A stretch of 63,992 nt of DNA, filler included, from Diploschistes diacapsis (Eukaryota): assembly GCA_023645945.1 (NCBI GenBank). It is 7 parts of 7 records of this genome, joined end to end, with 100 filler letters (N's around TTAATTAATTAA, not from the genome) between each part and the next. Parts side by side here need not be neighbours in the genome. Positions count along the whole stretch, not along the records: positions 61,417 to 63,992 come from JALAIB010002153.1; 6 more parts are not named here. One strand, written 5' to 3'. Position numbers and translations under genes: made by a program. Positions 63,157-63,992 of the stretch are shown piece after piece (position 1 is the first letter of the stretch; each line of letters starts with the position of its first letter). Below the pieces are notes generated by a model. It was not told where the DNA came from, did not search any database, and saw nothing but the letters and a program-made list of their open reading frames with translations.

Positions 63157-63384
63157 GGCGGCGTGGTCGAATGGTGAAGATGACTGGGCAGACCTTTTCA
63201 TTGAAAAAGGAAAAGGTCGTGGGTTCGACTCCCACAGCTACCACCATCCCGAATATTCTTCACTTCAGGCTTGGTATCCTTATATATAGGTTAAGGTTTC
63301 TTCCGAAATGCGAGTTATACAGCCAGTAATTGTGTACAAAGACAATAAGGTAATCCAGCTTCAGCTAGCACAATCAATCATTCA
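63157..63384 (+). mobile_element. tRNA-derived SINE (~228 bp) with 13-bp TSD
   Basis: tRNA-like head with A box TGGTCGAATGG, B box GGTTCGACTCC and ...GCTACCACCA; (CAAT)n tail; flanked by ATACATAGTAAAA (63144-63156) and ATACATTGTAAAA (63385-63397). Confidence 0.82.
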
Positions 63385-63846
63385 ATACATTGTAAAAACA
63401 TGAACTTTAGTATTATACTTTTGTGACATTATACAGCGCCAGTTTAGTACCGCTAGGCCACACAGCCAAAAGACCAAACAATACTGGGTTGAGCCAGTAT
63501 TGAGCTATACGTGAGATCACACTTTGTCCAGTTTATTTTGGACTTTCTAGATGATGTATAGTTGTACTAGCACATTTCGTGCACAGCCCTAATCCGAGTT
63601 AGCAGCGGTTATTGTGACCGTTAATTTTGGTAGATTACAGACACTAAGCTCAGTTGCCTCGACGGTACAAGAGCTACTTTATATGTACGCCCAGCTTTGC
63701 ACAGAATAACCGGCACCAATCCGAGTTCGGTTAGTGATTTTTGCTTCCCGAGTAAAATTTTGATAACGAAGCTCTTCGAAGCTGTCTCCCAACTTTTCTA
63801 TCCCGGACCACAGCCATCCCATCACCTCCTTCCGCACACAGCCACC

Positions 63847-63957
63847 ATGGCAACCAAGACCGAAGCCCCGACACCACCCCCCTCCAAAGCTCCGGAAGAG
63901 TCGTCGGAGCGCGAAATCCTCGACTCCCTGGAGCGCGAAGCCAAAGAATTCGACAAG
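63847..63957 (+). CDS. First exon of a DnaJ-domain protein (DNAJC8/Spf31-like)
   Basis: GCCACCATGG start; ILDSLEREAKEFDK, then a GCAAGC donor-like site; truncated by window end. Confidence 0.6.
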
Positions 63958-63992
63958 GCAAGCAAGCACCCCCTCCCTCCCTCTCTCCCCAC

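Noticed and set aside
63157..63246. Functional tRNA gene
   Set aside because: Mismatched acceptor stem, no clear anticodon arm, encoded CCA, no immediate poly-T terminator, and embedded in a TSD-flanked element

Overview
Eukaryotic DNA from a filamentous ascomycete (Pezizomycotina-like genes, short GT-AG introns, RIP-damaged transposons). The window is not one locus. It is seven contigs (25304, 2586, 25183, 2583, 2581, 2579 and 2576 bp) joined by an artificial 100-bp linker (44 N + TTAATTAATTAA + 44 N), so adjacency across linkers means nothing. Most content is ordinary housekeeping genes: SNF2/STH1 ATPase, BAR protein, RPL2, WHIM1 protein, RRP36, NIF-type HAD phosphatase, PTC7 end, YOS9, ORC3, PPR protein, arginine-specific CPS large chain, eIF4A, F-box/JmjC, CTR copper transporter, EAF6, a fungal-specific transcription factor, D-lactate dehydrogenase and a DNAJC8/Spf31 start. 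Decaying accessory genes (ABC-B and PDR transporters, a frameshifted P450, a C2H2 remnant), pogo/Fot1 termini and a RIP-mutated Gypsy fragment are also present. The most interesting signals are: a complete tRNA-derived SINE with a 13-bp TSD whose 3' tail recurs on another contig; overlapping uORFs with a probable intron in the leader of the CPS large-subunit gene; a PTH11-like receptor/P450 divergent pair; and a possible structured RNA upstream of RPL2. I found no convincing novel multi-gene system. All family assignments are by eye, without database searches.
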